Assembly (NCBI GenBank): GCA_016182655.1
Contig: JACPGB010000016.1
Location: 3,224 to 67,223, forward strand
Direction of reading: 5' to 3'
Origin: Deltaproteobacteria bacterium
Lineage (GTDB): Bacteria; Desulfobacterota; GWC2-55-46
Length of the DNA stretch: 64,000 nt
Below the pieces are notes generated by a model. The model was not told where the DNA came from, searched no databases, and saw only the letters and a program-made list of their open reading frames with translations. Shown here in pieces: positions 36,156-46,122 of this stretch; within the stretch, counting starts at the first letter, position 1; each line of letters begins with the position of its first letter. A program made the position numbers and the translations under genes.

Positions 36156-37424
36156 TCAGTTTACCTGAAGGTTTTCCGGGGCGGAGGGGATGAGCGTGGC
36201 GGTGCCGCCGTACTCGAACGCGCCCCTGTCCCAGACCCCGTCGCCGCCCCTCGTGTAACCGTACATGTCGAGGTTGTACGAGGTCCCGAGGTCCTTGCCC
36301 GAGCTCGTCGGCGCGGCGAGCTGGAAGTTATACGCCGACGAGTTCACGAAGGGGTTCCCGGTACCGTTCTGTATGTTCGACTCCGACTGCGAGTTCGTGC
36401 CGTAGAACCAGTTGTAGTCGTGGCTCACGTTGCCGAACGTCAGCTTCTGGCAGTTGTACCAGATGTTGTTGTAGGCGGTGTTGCCGCCGCCGGAGGTGGA
36501 GTCGAACCAGACGCCTGCGTTGTAACCCTTGAGGTTCACGAAGGTGTTGTTGTAGACCTTCGTGTTCGTGACCTTATAGCCGGTCCAGGTCGCCACGGCC
36601 CCGTTGCTTATGTCGTAGCCGTACCCGGAGGTATAGAAGAAGAGGTTGCCGTAGACCTGCCAGCCGTCGCCGTCGAAGACGAGGATGCCGGTGCCGGTTA
36701 TGTCCTCCCAGACGCTGTACCTTACCGTGTTTCTCGCCGTGCCGCCGTAGGCCGAGATGCCCTCGGAGTGCTCGGACGACGTGCTCATGTTCCTCGCCAC
36801 GTAGAGGTGATCGAAGACCGAGTCGGTCGTCGCGCGGAGCAGTATCGGGGCCCTGCCGGAGTCATGCAGGTAGCAGTAGGAGATGAGCAGGTTGTTCGCG
36901 CCGAGCGTGTAGATGATATCGTCGCCGCTCTCGGTATTAGTCCCCCTGTGCTCCATCTCCACGTGCTTGACCGTCACGTACGAAGGACTGTTGTCGAACC
37001 TCATGAGCTTCGAGGACCCGGCCGAGATTATCTTGAAGCCGTAGCCGGTCTTGCCCGAACCGGTCTGTCCGTCGAAGACCCAGTAGCTGGAACTGAAGGT
37101 GATCGTCGCGTTAAAGGTCGCCGTCCCGTCTCCGTACGAGCTCTGCCAGCCCGAGTCGGTGCCGTGGTCGGAGGCGATCGCCTTCTTTATGTAGGTCTTC
37201 GTGGTGCCGGAGTCGTCGAAGGTATAGCTTCCGTAACTGCCGTCGGCTATGTAGTAGACGTCGCCCCTCGTCAGAGCCGAGGGGAGCGTCGTCCATGCGT
37301 TGGTCCAGTCGGCCCCGGTGTTCGCGCCAGCGGCCCCGGACCTTATGTAGTGGTTTGCGGCAAGCCCGGCTTCAGGCAAAACGGCCAGAAGGAACAGGGC
37401 GAGCAGAAGTGCGTATTTCTTCAT
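36156..37424 (-). CDS. secreted right-handed beta-helix (pectin-lyase-like) protein
   Basis: signal peptide, YIRSGAAGANTGADWTNAW, RGDVYYIADGSY, repeated YNNxF/YNNIW turns, DRGAFEY, C-terminal PSAPENLQVN. Confidence 0.75.
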   Translation of the reverse strand: MKKYALLLALFLLAVLPEAGLAANHYIRSGAAGANTGADWTNAWTTLPSALTRGDVYYIADGSYGSYTFDDSGTTKTYIKKAIASDHGTDSGWQSSYGDGTATFNATITFSSSYWVFDGQTGSGKTGYGFKIISAGSSKLMRFDNSPSYVTVKHVEMEHRGTNTESGDDIIYTLGANNLLISYCYLHDSGRAPILLRATTDSVFDHLYVARNMSTSSEHSEGISAYGGTARNTVRYSVWEDITGTGILVFDGDGWQVYGNLFFYTSGYGYDISNGAVATWTGYKVTNTKVYNNTFVNLKGYNAGVWFDSTSGGGNTAYNNIWYNCQKLTFGNVSHDYNWFYGTNSQSESNIQNGTGNPFVNSSAYNFQLAAPTSSGKDLGTSYNLDMYGYTRGGDGVWDRGAFEYGGTATLIPSAPENLQVN

Positions 37425-37507
37425 TACAACCTCCTTGATACTTGGTACTGATTTTAGATCCTGATTTCCCTTTGCTTCACGACAGGATACAGGAGGTTGA
37501 GACTAAA

Positions 37508-37529
37508 AAATGTGATTTAAATCACTATA
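37508..37529. promoter_or_regulatory. CRP/FNR-family operator-like palindrome
   Basis: AAATGTGATTTAAATCACTATA (TGTGA-N6-TCACT), 17/22 matches to the E. coli CRP consensus. Confidence 0.55.
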
Positions 37530-37555
37530 TTATGAAAGGAAATTCAGGACTTTTG

Positions 37556-38482
37556 TTAGATGTTTCGAGCTTCCCTGAGGCCCTCCGTAAATATCCATCT
37601 AAGGCAACGGAGGCTCCTTTCCACCTTGTGCCGGTTCTCCTCGTGGCGTCCTTTTTTAAGGCTTGAGAGGGCCTCCCCCCTTGCTACCCTCACGGCCTGG
37701 TGGAGCGCCGCTATCGCGAGATAGGCGTATTTAAGGCCGCCGTGGTGCTTGGCCCAGTATTTGAGGTTCGCCCTGTGCATCTCTATATAGTATTGTAACG
37801 GGGCGTTGGCCGAGGATTTGCCGCCGTAGTGGATCGCCTCGGCCTCGGGGAGATAGACTATTTTCCACCCGGCGGACCTGATCCTCCTGCACCAGTCCTT
37901 GTCCTCGGCGTAGAAGAAGAACCGCTCGTCGAGCAACCCGGCCTCTTCGACGGCCGCTCTCCTCGCCGAGAGAAAACACCCGCTCAATACGTCCACTTCC
38001 CGTGTCCGGTCATGGGGGTGATAGAGGAGGTCCTTCCGTATCGACTCGAACCCGAGCGCCGCGAGGAGGTTCCGCCCGAGGGAGGGGGCGCGTCTGCAAC
38101 TCAGCTGAAGGGTGCCGTCGGCGTTCAATACCCTGGGGCCGACTAATCCCGCGCCCGCATTTTTATCGAGGTATCGAATGATGCGCCCGACGCACCCGGG
38201 GATGATCCTGATGTCCGAGTTGACTAAAAAGACATACCGGCCCGTGCTCTCCCTTATGCCCGTGTTATTGGCGGCGGCAAAACCGGAGTTAGACGGGAGC
38301 TCTATTAGCCTCGCCTCGGGGAAGAGCGCCCTTACCGCCTCTTGCGAGCCGTCGGTCGAGGCGTTGTCGACTACTATCACCTCATGGTCGATTGCGCGCG
38401 CGTCGTCTCTGATGGACGAGAGGCACTCGACGAGGTACTTCCTCGCGTTCCAGCTGACTATTATGAACGATACGTCTTTCAA
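37556..38482 (-). CDS. GT2 glycosyltransferase
   Basis: IIVSWN, VDNASTDGS, NSGFAAANN, NSD, FYAEDKDW; probable TTG start at 38482. Confidence 0.9.
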   Translation of the reverse strand: MKDVSFIIVSWNARKYLVECLSSIRDDARAIDHEVIVVDNASTDGSQEAVRALFPEARLIELPSNSGFAAANNTGIRESTGRYVFLVNSDIRIIPGCVGRIIRYLDKNAGAGLVGPRVLNADGTLQLSCRRAPSLGRNLLAALGFESIRKDLLYHPHDRTREVDVLSGCFLSARRAAVEEAGLLDERFFFYAEDKDWCRRIRSAGWKIVYLPEAEAIHYGGKSSANAPLQYYIEMHRANLKYWAKHHGGLKYAYLAIAALHQAVRVARGEALSSLKKGRHEENRHKVERSLRCLRWIFTEGLREARNI

Positions 38483-38486
38483 GGCT

Positions 38487-39809
38487 TCAGTAGGACCGGG
38501 ACTCGCCGGCTCGGACCGTCTCGTCCTCATCCTCGGGGGCTGTTTTCAATTCGTAGGCGGCCTCTTCGCTTAAAGACCTCGCAACCGAGATCATCCCGAG
38601 GAGCATGTACAGGACCACCTTTATCTGGTCGAAGTAGGAGACCCCGAAGAACGAGACGACATGGACGAGGAGGGATGCCCCGAGCGCCCAGTAAATTTTT
38701 TGTTGGACGTCGTCCTCCGTGGACCTCACGGCCCTGCCTATCGACTGGAACGAGAAGGCGAGTATGGCGATGAATATGACGAGGGTGGAGAGTCCGCCGT
38801 CGACACCTATCCTGACGAAGTTGTTGGTGACGTCGAAGAGGTAGTAGCCCCAGTCGGCGGTCGACCTCACGCCGAAGAGCCACCACTCGTTGAACCTCCG
38901 GAGGAACTGGTCGAAGAGATAGAACCTGTGATATCCGGTGGAGCCGCCGAAGACGTTGGCGCGCGCGAGGAGCGCCCAGACCGGGGCCTTCATGACGAGG
39001 TGCAACGCTATAAGAGTGAGCGCAAGCGCCCACCGGAACTCCCGCATCCTGTCCCTGAAGAACCACATGCACAGGGCCGCGATACCCGCCAGGTACCCGA
39101 GGAGCGGCCCGCTCGAGGAAGTGCTCAAGGTTATGACTGAGGCGGCGATCGCACCGAAGGCCATAAGGGCCCTGCCGTTGCCTCCGACAAGCCTGAGGGC
39201 TATCAAGAGCGGGAAGACCGCGGCGCCGAACGTACCGGCGGTAATAGGGTGTGAGAACGCCCCCTGACAGCGCATCTTGCCCCAGCGGACAATAGTAACG
39301 TCGGGGACGCCGCCGAAGACCGAAAAGAGGTTCCTGCCGTTGACCCTCTCAAGAAACATCGCCGCGGCCACCGGGATGGTGACGAAGGCGAATATCTTCA
39401 CGACCCAGACAATGTCGTCGAAGTCCCGGACAAGGAACCGGATGAGAAAGTATATGCCTATGATGTCGAAGGATACGCCGAGCCTGTTTATGAACGCCCC
39501 CCAGGTCTGCCAGAGCATCGTGTACGTCGCAACCGCCGAGACGGCCCAGAGGACCATGAGCTTGTCTATCGTATTGAGTTTTATCGAATACTCTCCCCGC
39601 ATGAGCACGCGGGTCCAGCCGAAGAGGATAAGGATGCGGATTATGAAGAAGTCGAGCGAGTAGACCATGATCCTCTGCTGGAGAGGGATAAAGACTATGG
39701 CGAAGACGAGCGGCACGAGCGCGCCCCTCCTTGGGAGCGCGAGCATGAGCGAGCCCGCCACGAGCATGAACGCGAGCGCTACGGGATGTATCGGGACCGA
39801 CTGTTCCAT
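38487..39809 (-). CDS. Wzy polymerase / O-antigen-ligase-like membrane protein
   Basis: multi-TM, RCQGAFSHPI, SSGP, DVTN; start MEQSV overlaps the upstream stop. Confidence 0.75.
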   Translation of the reverse strand: MEQSVPIHPVALAFMLVAGSLMLALPRRGALVPLVFAIVFIPLQQRIMVYSLDFFIIRILILFGWTRVLMRGEYSIKLNTIDKLMVLWAVSAVATYTMLWQTWGAFINRLGVSFDIIGIYFLIRFLVRDFDDIVWVVKIFAFVTIPVAAAMFLERVNGRNLFSVFGGVPDVTIVRWGKMRCQGAFSHPITAGTFGAAVFPLLIALRLVGGNGRALMAFGAIAASVITLSTSSSGPLLGYLAGIAALCMWFFRDRMREFRWALALTLIALHLVMKAPVWALLARANVFGGSTGYHRFYLFDQFLRRFNEWWLFGVRSTADWGYYLFDVTNNFVRIGVDGGLSTLVIFIAILAFSFQSIGRAVRSTEDDVQQKIYWALGASLLVHVVSFFGVSYFDQIKVVLYMLLGMISVARSLSEEAAYELKTAPEDEDETVRAGESRSY

Positions 39810-41115
39810 CAGAAGTAAGCGAGCCTCCTTAAGAAGTCTGCTACGTTTATCGAGTCCACGTCCGACGAGACCGAAAAGGCGCACCTCGCTCCGGCGGGCC
39901 ATCTCCAGATGCGTATGAGGGGGTAGGGGGAGGCGTCGATACGCTCAAGGAGCTTGAGCTTCTCCGCGCCCGAGAGCGGATCGATGCGCCCTGTCGAGAA
40001 CGACGCGACGTCCGGCGCGCCCTCCCTTATTATAAAGCCCTCGTCCCTTAGAAATTCCCTGACCGGCTCGTTTGACCCGTCGACGGAGATCATGTGCGAT
40101 TCAGGGCTCTCCGTCTCGAAGACGAGCTCTCCGCCCTTGTCGGCCCCCGGGAGGACTTTGTAGTTCCTGTAGAAGAACCTGCCGCCTCGGTCGCCCGGCG
40201 ACTTTATAAGGACAGTTGCGCCCCTCGGCGCAACAAGGCTCATGACGTATCTTTCACCCGGGCGCGCAGTTCTTTCGACCCTCCATGACGAGGCCCGTCG
40301 CGCCTCCCACCAGTCCTTTATCTCGCCTAATGTCGCGTGCCAGACCGGCGGGTCGAGCTTCATCGACTCGTTCACTACGAAAGACGCCGGGCCGCATATG
40401 AACGAGAACCTCTCGGGATGGAAGAGGAGATGGAAGAGCTCGCCCCTCTCGTAGACCCTGTTGAAGGCGCGGAGCCACACGCCTGATATCTCGTCCCGGT
40501 CCCTTACCCTGAACCTTTCAATCATCATCTCGTCGTCAGGGCCGGTTATGGGTATCTCAAGGAGGCCTTCGTACCTTTTCGGAAGGGAGAGCGACTCGTC
40601 CGAACCAGAGATCCTGTAGATGGAGCCGAGCTTGTCGAGCTTCTTTTCCGAACCCCTGCCTTCCCTGGGAGAATCCCAGAGGATGAGGTCGTTGCTCGTC
40701 CAGGAGTACCTGCTCTCGCCGAGAGCCTCTATCGTCCGCTCGTTGTAACTCAGGTACGGACACCGGAAGCCGGAGACCCGAATGCCGAGCCTCCCGAAGC
40801 TCTCGTATGAGAGCCTCAGTATCCCGGAGAGCTCGTCGAGGTTTTTTTTTTGAGGTCCGTGTGGTGAAAGCCGTGGGCCGCGAACTCGTGGCCGCGCGTA
40901 TTGTATTTTTTTAAGAGAGCCGAGTGATTATCGAGGAGCGACGCCGTGACGCAGAACGTGACCCTGACCCCGCGCGAGAGGAAGATGTTTTCTATCCCTG
41001 ACATCATCTCCGAAAACTTCCTTTCGCCGAATGAATACCTCCACGCCACCTGGAGGGCGCGTTCTATCGCGTGGATGAGCCCCTTGGTCCTGATTATGTG
41101 CCTTAAATACCTCAT
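39809..41115 (-). CDS. polysaccharide deacetylase (NodB-like) interrupted by a frameshift in an A10 tract
   Basis: VTFCVTA, HEFAAHGFHH in the first frame; GFRCPYL, LFHPE and C-terminus in the -1 frame; junction at 40842-40851. Confidence 0.8.
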
Positions 41116-42977
41116 CAGGCCGCGTATGCCCGGAGCCATTCCTCGAGGACAGCGATGGAAAAGAGCGTCTTCGAGTTGTCGGACCTCCCCGACCTGTGGT
41201 CGTTAAGCATTGAGAGCACGGTATCCCTTTCAAGATAGCGATAGATTTTGGAGTCCACGCCGGTCAGCCTTTCGGCGAGAGGGCCCTTGATATCCCGGAA
41301 CCATTTATCGATCGGCGTCGCGAACCCGAGTTTTTTCCTCGATACGATCGATTCCGGAAGGAGCCTTCTGGCCGCCTCCCTGTGGACCCACTTGCCCTTG
41401 CCGTTCCTTATTTTGAGGCGGGGGGAGAGCCTTTCGGCAAAGTCGACTACCTCGTTATCCAGGTACGGCACCCTTATTTCCAGACCGTGCGCCATCGAGA
41501 GCTTGTCCGCGTACAGCAGGAGCTCGTCGGGCAGGGACGAGCGCACTTCAAGGAACTCAAGCCCGTTGAGCTCTCCGTCCGGCGGCATGAGAGACAATAG
41601 GCCGGACCAGCAATCGAAGAGCGCGCTTTCCGCGCCTTCCGGCAGTACGCCGTCCCTGAAGAGGGCCCTGGCCGTGCCGTCGTCCACGACCGAGAATACC
41701 CGTTCGTATCTTTCAAACCTGTCGTCGGAGCCGAGCGAAAAGAGCCCCCGTCTTATCGTCTCGTTTCGGGGGAGGCAAGAGAGCCCCGCCGCGCTTAAAG
41801 ACCTTGCCCAGGCGGGAATAGAGCGCCAGTATTTGCCGTAATGCACGCCGAGGTGCCGCTTGTAGCCTCCGAAGAGCTCGTCCGGGCCCTGCCCCATGAC
41901 CGCGGCCTTTACGTCCTGCCTCACCCGCTTGCAGAGGTGGTACATGGGTACGATGGAAGAGGCCGCCACCGGCTCTTCGAGTATCGGGACGAGCCGGGTA
42001 AGGGTATCGTCGAAGTCAGTCTCCCTGAGCTCGACCGGCTGGTTTCGGGCCCCGAGCGCTATGGCCGTCACGCGCCCCTTCATAAGCTCGTCGTCCCTGA
42101 AGTCGATCCCGAACCCCGCCGTGTACGTCCTCCACGGGCCGCCGAGTTCTTTCATGAGGGCGAGGAGGACTCCTGAGTCCACGCCGCCGCTCAAGAGCAC
42201 GCCGATCTCGACGTCGCTCAAGAGATGCCTTTTTACCGCGCGCCTGTAAACGGACAGGAGCCCTTCTACCGCCTCCCGCTCATCAGGCATGGGGTCGAAG
42301 GGGGAGGGCGTCTCCTTCCACCACCGCTCGACCTTTTCTTTTCCGGCTTCTACTACGAGCCTCGTGCCGGGCGCGAGCTTTTTTATCCCTTTGAAGATCG
42401 TCAGGGGCGAGGGCGTGTACCTGTAACGGAGGAAGAGGTACATCGCCATCTCGTCAGGCTCGGGTCTGTGTCCTTCGGATAAGAGCGCCTTTACTTCCGA
42501 GCCGAAGGCGACGCCGTCGGCGTCGCACCTGTAGTAAACCGGCTTTATGCCCATGCGGTCGCGCCCGAGTACGAGTCTTTTGTCCCTCTCGTCCCAGATC
42601 GCGAGCCCGAACATGCCGTTAAGGAGCTTAAGGACGTCGGCGCCCCATTCCCTGTAGCCGTTTACGATGACTTCGGTGTCCGACCGCGTCCTGAAGGCGT
42701 AGCCTTTTGATTCGAGCTCTTTCCTGAGCTCCGGAAAGTTGTATATCTCCCCGTTGAAAGCGACCCAGACGCGGCCGCCCTCGTCGGACATCGGCTGATG
42801 GCCCCCCGAGAGGTCTATGATCGATAGACGCCTGAAGGCGAGGCCCAATGGGCCTGATGTGAATACGCCCTCGTCGTCCGGGCCCCTGTGCGAGATGGAA
42901 GAGGCCATCTTTCGGAGTGTCGCGGCCTCGACGGGTCGTCCCGTCCTGAAGTTATACCTTCCGGCTATGCCGCACAT
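41115..42977 (-). CDS. asnB: asparagine-synthase-like glutamine amidotransferase
   Basis: MCGIAG, HRGPD, RRLSIIDL, FNGEIYN, LSGGVDS, DELFGGY. Confidence 0.92.
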   Translation of the reverse strand: MCGIAGRYNFRTGRPVEAATLRKMASSISHRGPDDEGVFTSGPLGLAFRRLSIIDLSGGHQPMSDEGGRVWVAFNGEIYNFPELRKELESKGYAFRTRSDTEVIVNGYREWGADVLKLLNGMFGLAIWDERDKRLVLGRDRMGIKPVYYRCDADGVAFGSEVKALLSEGHRPEPDEMAMYLFLRYRYTPSPLTIFKGIKKLAPGTRLVVEAGKEKVERWWKETPSPFDPMPDEREAVEGLLSVYRRAVKRHLLSDVEIGVLLSGGVDSGVLLALMKELGGPWRTYTAGFGIDFRDDELMKGRVTAIALGARNQPVELRETDFDDTLTRLVPILEEPVAASSIVPMYHLCKRVRQDVKAAVMGQGPDELFGGYKRHLGVHYGKYWRSIPAWARSLSAAGLSCLPRNETIRRGLFSLGSDDRFERYERVFSVVDDGTARALFRDGVLPEGAESALFDCWSGLLSLMPPDGELNGLEFLEVRSSLPDELLLYADKLSMAHGLEIRVPYLDNEVVDFAERLSPRLKIRNGKGKWVHREAARRLLPESIVSRKKLGFATPIDKWFRDIKGPLAERLTGVDSKIYRYLERDTVLSMLNDHRSGRSDNSKTLFSIAVLEEWLRAYAA

Positions 42978-43858
42978 CAGGAGTGCCTCAAGACGGCCTT
43001 GAATAATCTGGAAGAGCGGAGCCGCTCCTTCTGCTCATTTCTTATAAAATCCACGAATTCTCCGGAGACGGGCCTCTCGTAGCCAATGGCCGCGGACCAC
43101 GCGTAACCCGCGAGCGTGCAGAGCGCGCCCAACACATAAGGCCTGTCCTGGGCCCTGTACGCGCACTTCATTATCTCGAAGAGAGGGTGGTAGCCTAAAA
43201 GGTAATGCGCCACGCCGTGCCTGAAGCGGGACTTAAAGACCCGGCCGTTGCCGCCCGAGACCCTTCTGTGGTGGAAGGCCTTGAGGTCGAATGCCCGGAC
43301 CCGCCAGCCGCGCATCCTCGCCGATATCTCCGCCGCGGCGTCTATCCCGCCGGCGCTTATCGGTATGTAGCCGCCGATATCTTCAAAGCACTCGCGCCTG
43401 AAGAGCTGTATCGCTCCGGCGACGCTGTCCGGGGTGTTCCTCTGCGGGACGAACTCTTTGCCTATGAGCTCGAATATGACGCCTCCGGCGAGCCCGAGCC
43501 TCCTGTCGGAAAACTCATGCAAGAGGTCCCTGTAGTAATCCGGCCCGAAGGTGATGTCCGCGTCGAGGTTGCCGATAAAATCGTATTTCGACGTGATCGA
43601 GTCGAGCCCGGCCTTGAAGGCTACGGCCTTTGAGCCGAAGTCCCTCGTCCGCCCGCCCTCTCTCCTTACAAGCTTTATGAACGGGTGCAGGCGCGACCAG
43701 CGTTTTGCGATATCGTCGGTGTCGTCCGTCGAGCCGTCGCTCACTATTACCCACTCCGAGGGTCGGAGCGACTGGGCGACGACCGACCTTATCGTGGCCT
43801 CGAGCGTCCTGCCTTCGTTCCGCGCCGGGGTTATTATTGCGTATCTGGGAAATGGCAC
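42977..43858 (-). CDS. GT2 glycosyltransferase
   Basis: ITPARNE, SDGSTD, NLDAD. Confidence 0.9.
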   Translation of the reverse strand: MPFPRYAIITPARNEGRTLEATIRSVVAQSLRPSEWVIVSDGSTDDTDDIAKRWSRLHPFIKLVRREGGRTRDFGSKAVAFKAGLDSITSKYDFIGNLDADITFGPDYYRDLLHEFSDRRLGLAGGVIFELIGKEFVPQRNTPDSVAGAIQLFRRECFEDIGGYIPISAGGIDAAAEISARMRGWRVRAFDLKAFHHRRVSGGNGRVFKSRFRHGVAHYLLGYHPLFEIMKCAYRAQDRPYVLGALCTLAGYAWSAAIGYERPVSGEFVDFIRNEQKERLRSSRLFKAVLRHS

Positions 43859-43859
43859 C

Positions 43860-45059
43860 TCAGAACCTGAACCTGCTTCTTCCGTGGTCGATGAGTATGC
43901 GGAGTATCCTTTTTGCGGACCTGCCGTCCCATTTATCCGGCGCTTTTCTCACCACACTCCTCTTGAGCTGTGTCGCTATCGCCTTTGCTATCCCTTCTTT
44001 CTCGACCCCGGCGAGGATGTTCGTGCCTTTCCTTACGGTCACGGGCCTTTCGGTATTCTCCCTGATAGTCACGCAGGGGACGCCGAGGCAGGTCGTCTCT
44101 TCCTGTATGCCGCCGGAGTCGGTAAGCACGATGCGGGCGTTTTTCATGAGGCTCAGGAAATCTATGTAGCCTTGCGGTGCGATGAGGTTTATCTTCCCGC
44201 GCGCCGCGCCCCTTTCCGCGGGGGACGCGAAGCTGAACGCATCTATCAGGCCGAACTCCTCTATCCTCGTCCTCGTCCTCGGGTGAGCCGGAAATATTAC
44301 CGGCATCGTGCTTGAGAGGGGACTTAACGCCTCGACTATCTCCTTAAGCTTTTTCCGGTCATCGACGTTAGCGGGCCTGTGGAGCGTGAGGAGCGCATAT
44401 TCCCTCGGGCGTCCGCCCTGTCCGCGGAGCCTTAAGTCCGATAGCGACCGGGAGGAGTCCGCCCTCCTCTTGAACTTAAGGAGCGTGTCTATCATAGTGT
44501 TCCCGACGAAGTGGATCTTGTCGGCCTCGATGCCTTCCCTGCGGAGGTTCCTTATCCCGCTCTCCTCGGTTACGAAAAGGAGGTCGGAGAGGTGGTCCGT
44601 AAGGACGCGGTTCACCTCCTCCGGCATCGCGCGGTCAAATGACCTCAAGCCCGCCTCGATATGCGCGATGACAGGGCGGCACGCCCCATTATAGGAGGCC
44701 TTTGAGGCGACGAGCGCGCAGGATACGGTCGAATTGACGTCTCCGACGAGGAGGACGAAGTCCGGGTGCTCCCGCATGAGCACGGGCTCGAACCTCGACA
44801 TTATCTCGGCTGTCTGCCTCGCGTGCGTCCCGCCTCCCGCGCCGAGCGAGACGTCGGGCCTCGGGAGGCCGAGGTCCCTGAAAAATAGCCCCGACATCTC
44901 CTTGTCGTAATGCTGTCCCGTGTGCACGAGCGTATGCCTTACGGGCCCCGGACCTTTCGGGGCCACCCTCCGGTTATGTTCGTTGATCGCGGCTATCAAC
45001 GGCGCGGCCTTCATGAAGTTGGGTCTCGCGCCCACGACCGTCATTATCTTTATCTTCAT
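43860..45059 (-). CDS. wecB: UDP-GlcNAc 2-epimerase (WecB/WbpI-like)
   Basis: GARPNFMK, HTGQHYD, GDVNST, HIEAGLRSFD, TDSGGIQEE. Confidence 0.92.
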   Translation of the reverse strand: MKIKIMTVVGARPNFMKAAPLIAAINEHNRRVAPKGPGPVRHTLVHTGQHYDKEMSGLFFRDLGLPRPDVSLGAGGGTHARQTAEIMSRFEPVLMREHPDFVLLVGDVNSTVSCALVASKASYNGACRPVIAHIEAGLRSFDRAMPEEVNRVLTDHLSDLLFVTEESGIRNLRREGIEADKIHFVGNTMIDTLLKFKRRADSSRSLSDLRLRGQGGRPREYALLTLHRPANVDDRKKLKEIVEALSPLSSTMPVIFPAHPRTRTRIEEFGLIDAFSFASPAERGAARGKINLIAPQGYIDFLSLMKNARIVLTDSGGIQEETTCLGVPCVTIRENTERPVTVRKGTNILAGVEKEGIAKAIATQLKRSVVRKAPDKWDGRSAKRILRILIDHGRSRFRF

Positions 45060-46112
45060 TCAGAGTGTCTTCACGATGGCCTCGATGTTGTCTGCGAGGA
45101 CTTTCAGGGCCTGGTTCCTGGCCTTGGGCGGCCTCCATGGCCTCTTCCATTTGGCTATCTTTATCTTCGACTTCAACTCGGAGGCGTTCTCGATGAGCAC
45201 GAGCCTGCCGGAATCGGCGAGGGACCTGTCGACCGCGCCCGTCCTGCCCCTGAAGACGCTGTAGACCGGGGCCCCGAGCGCGGCGGCCTCCCGGTTCATC
45301 GTCCCGCCGCCGCTTATGACCATGTCGGAATGCCAGATGAGGTCAAGCCCGTCGAGCACCCCGCCGGGGATGATAAGCCGCCGGGAGTCGATGAGCGGAC
45401 GCCACTTCCTGAATATCAGCGCCCTGTCCTTATGGTTCCTCGGGAGGACCACCATCCTGAGGTTCTCGACGGACGCGAGGTGGTCGACGGCGGCTTCGAA
45501 GAGGCTTATGGACTCCGGGTTCTGGTAATTGGCGTCCATCGCCGGGGGGCGGACCGTCGCGAGTATCTCGTCTTCCCCGATATTGAGCTCGCGCCGGAGC
45601 CCCTTTGACGGGGTGAAGTCCGAGAGATAGACCTCCTCTTTTATGCCGGGGTACTTAAGCGCCCGCGAGCCGTTCTTGCGGAGCGCCTTCTCGGGGATGA
45701 CGTCAGGCGAGATCGACCAGGTCGGGCGGGTGACGAAAAGCCCCTTCGAGTGCTCGTAATCGAAGATGAGGACCGTCGGGATCTTGAGCGCCTTTGCCGC
45801 CACTATCTGGGCGCGCGACCCGTGCGAGAGGGCGAGCACGGGTTTTTCCCTCAATGCGAACGGCATGAGGCTCAAGGACCTCACGACGAGCCCGAAGACC
45901 TTGAAGACCTTGTGCTTCCCGTAGTGCCTGCCGATTTTTCGGTAGTCCATCTTGAACCGCTCGGCAAGTTCGCATACCTGGAAGCACTCCCGCGCGGTAA
46001 GCACGACGTCATAGCCCCTGCTCTCAAGCTCCCTTATTACGGGTTTGAAGAAGACGACATGGGGCGAGTTGTCGAGGTCTATCCAGATCTTTTTTCCGTT
46101 TTTTCTTTTCAT
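45060..46112 (-). CDS. DUF354-like GT-B fold protein
   Basis: IWIDLDNSPHV, DYEH, YPGIKE, GGGTMNREAA; start at MKRKNG. Confidence 0.8.
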   Translation of the reverse strand: MKRKNGKKIWIDLDNSPHVVFFKPVIRELESRGYDVVLTARECFQVCELAERFKMDYRKIGRHYGKHKVFKVFGLVVRSLSLMPFALREKPVLALSHGSRAQIVAAKALKIPTVLIFDYEHSKGLFVTRPTWSISPDVIPEKALRKNGSRALKYPGIKEEVYLSDFTPSKGLRRELNIGEDEILATVRPPAMDANYQNPESISLFEAAVDHLASVENLRMVVLPRNHKDRALIFRKWRPLIDSRRLIIPGGVLDGLDLIWHSDMVISGGGTMNREAAALGAPVYSVFRGRTGAVDRSLADSGRLVLIENASELKSKIKIAKWKRPWRPPKARNQALKVLADNIEAIVKTL

Positions 46113-46122
46113 GAGTTTTCCG

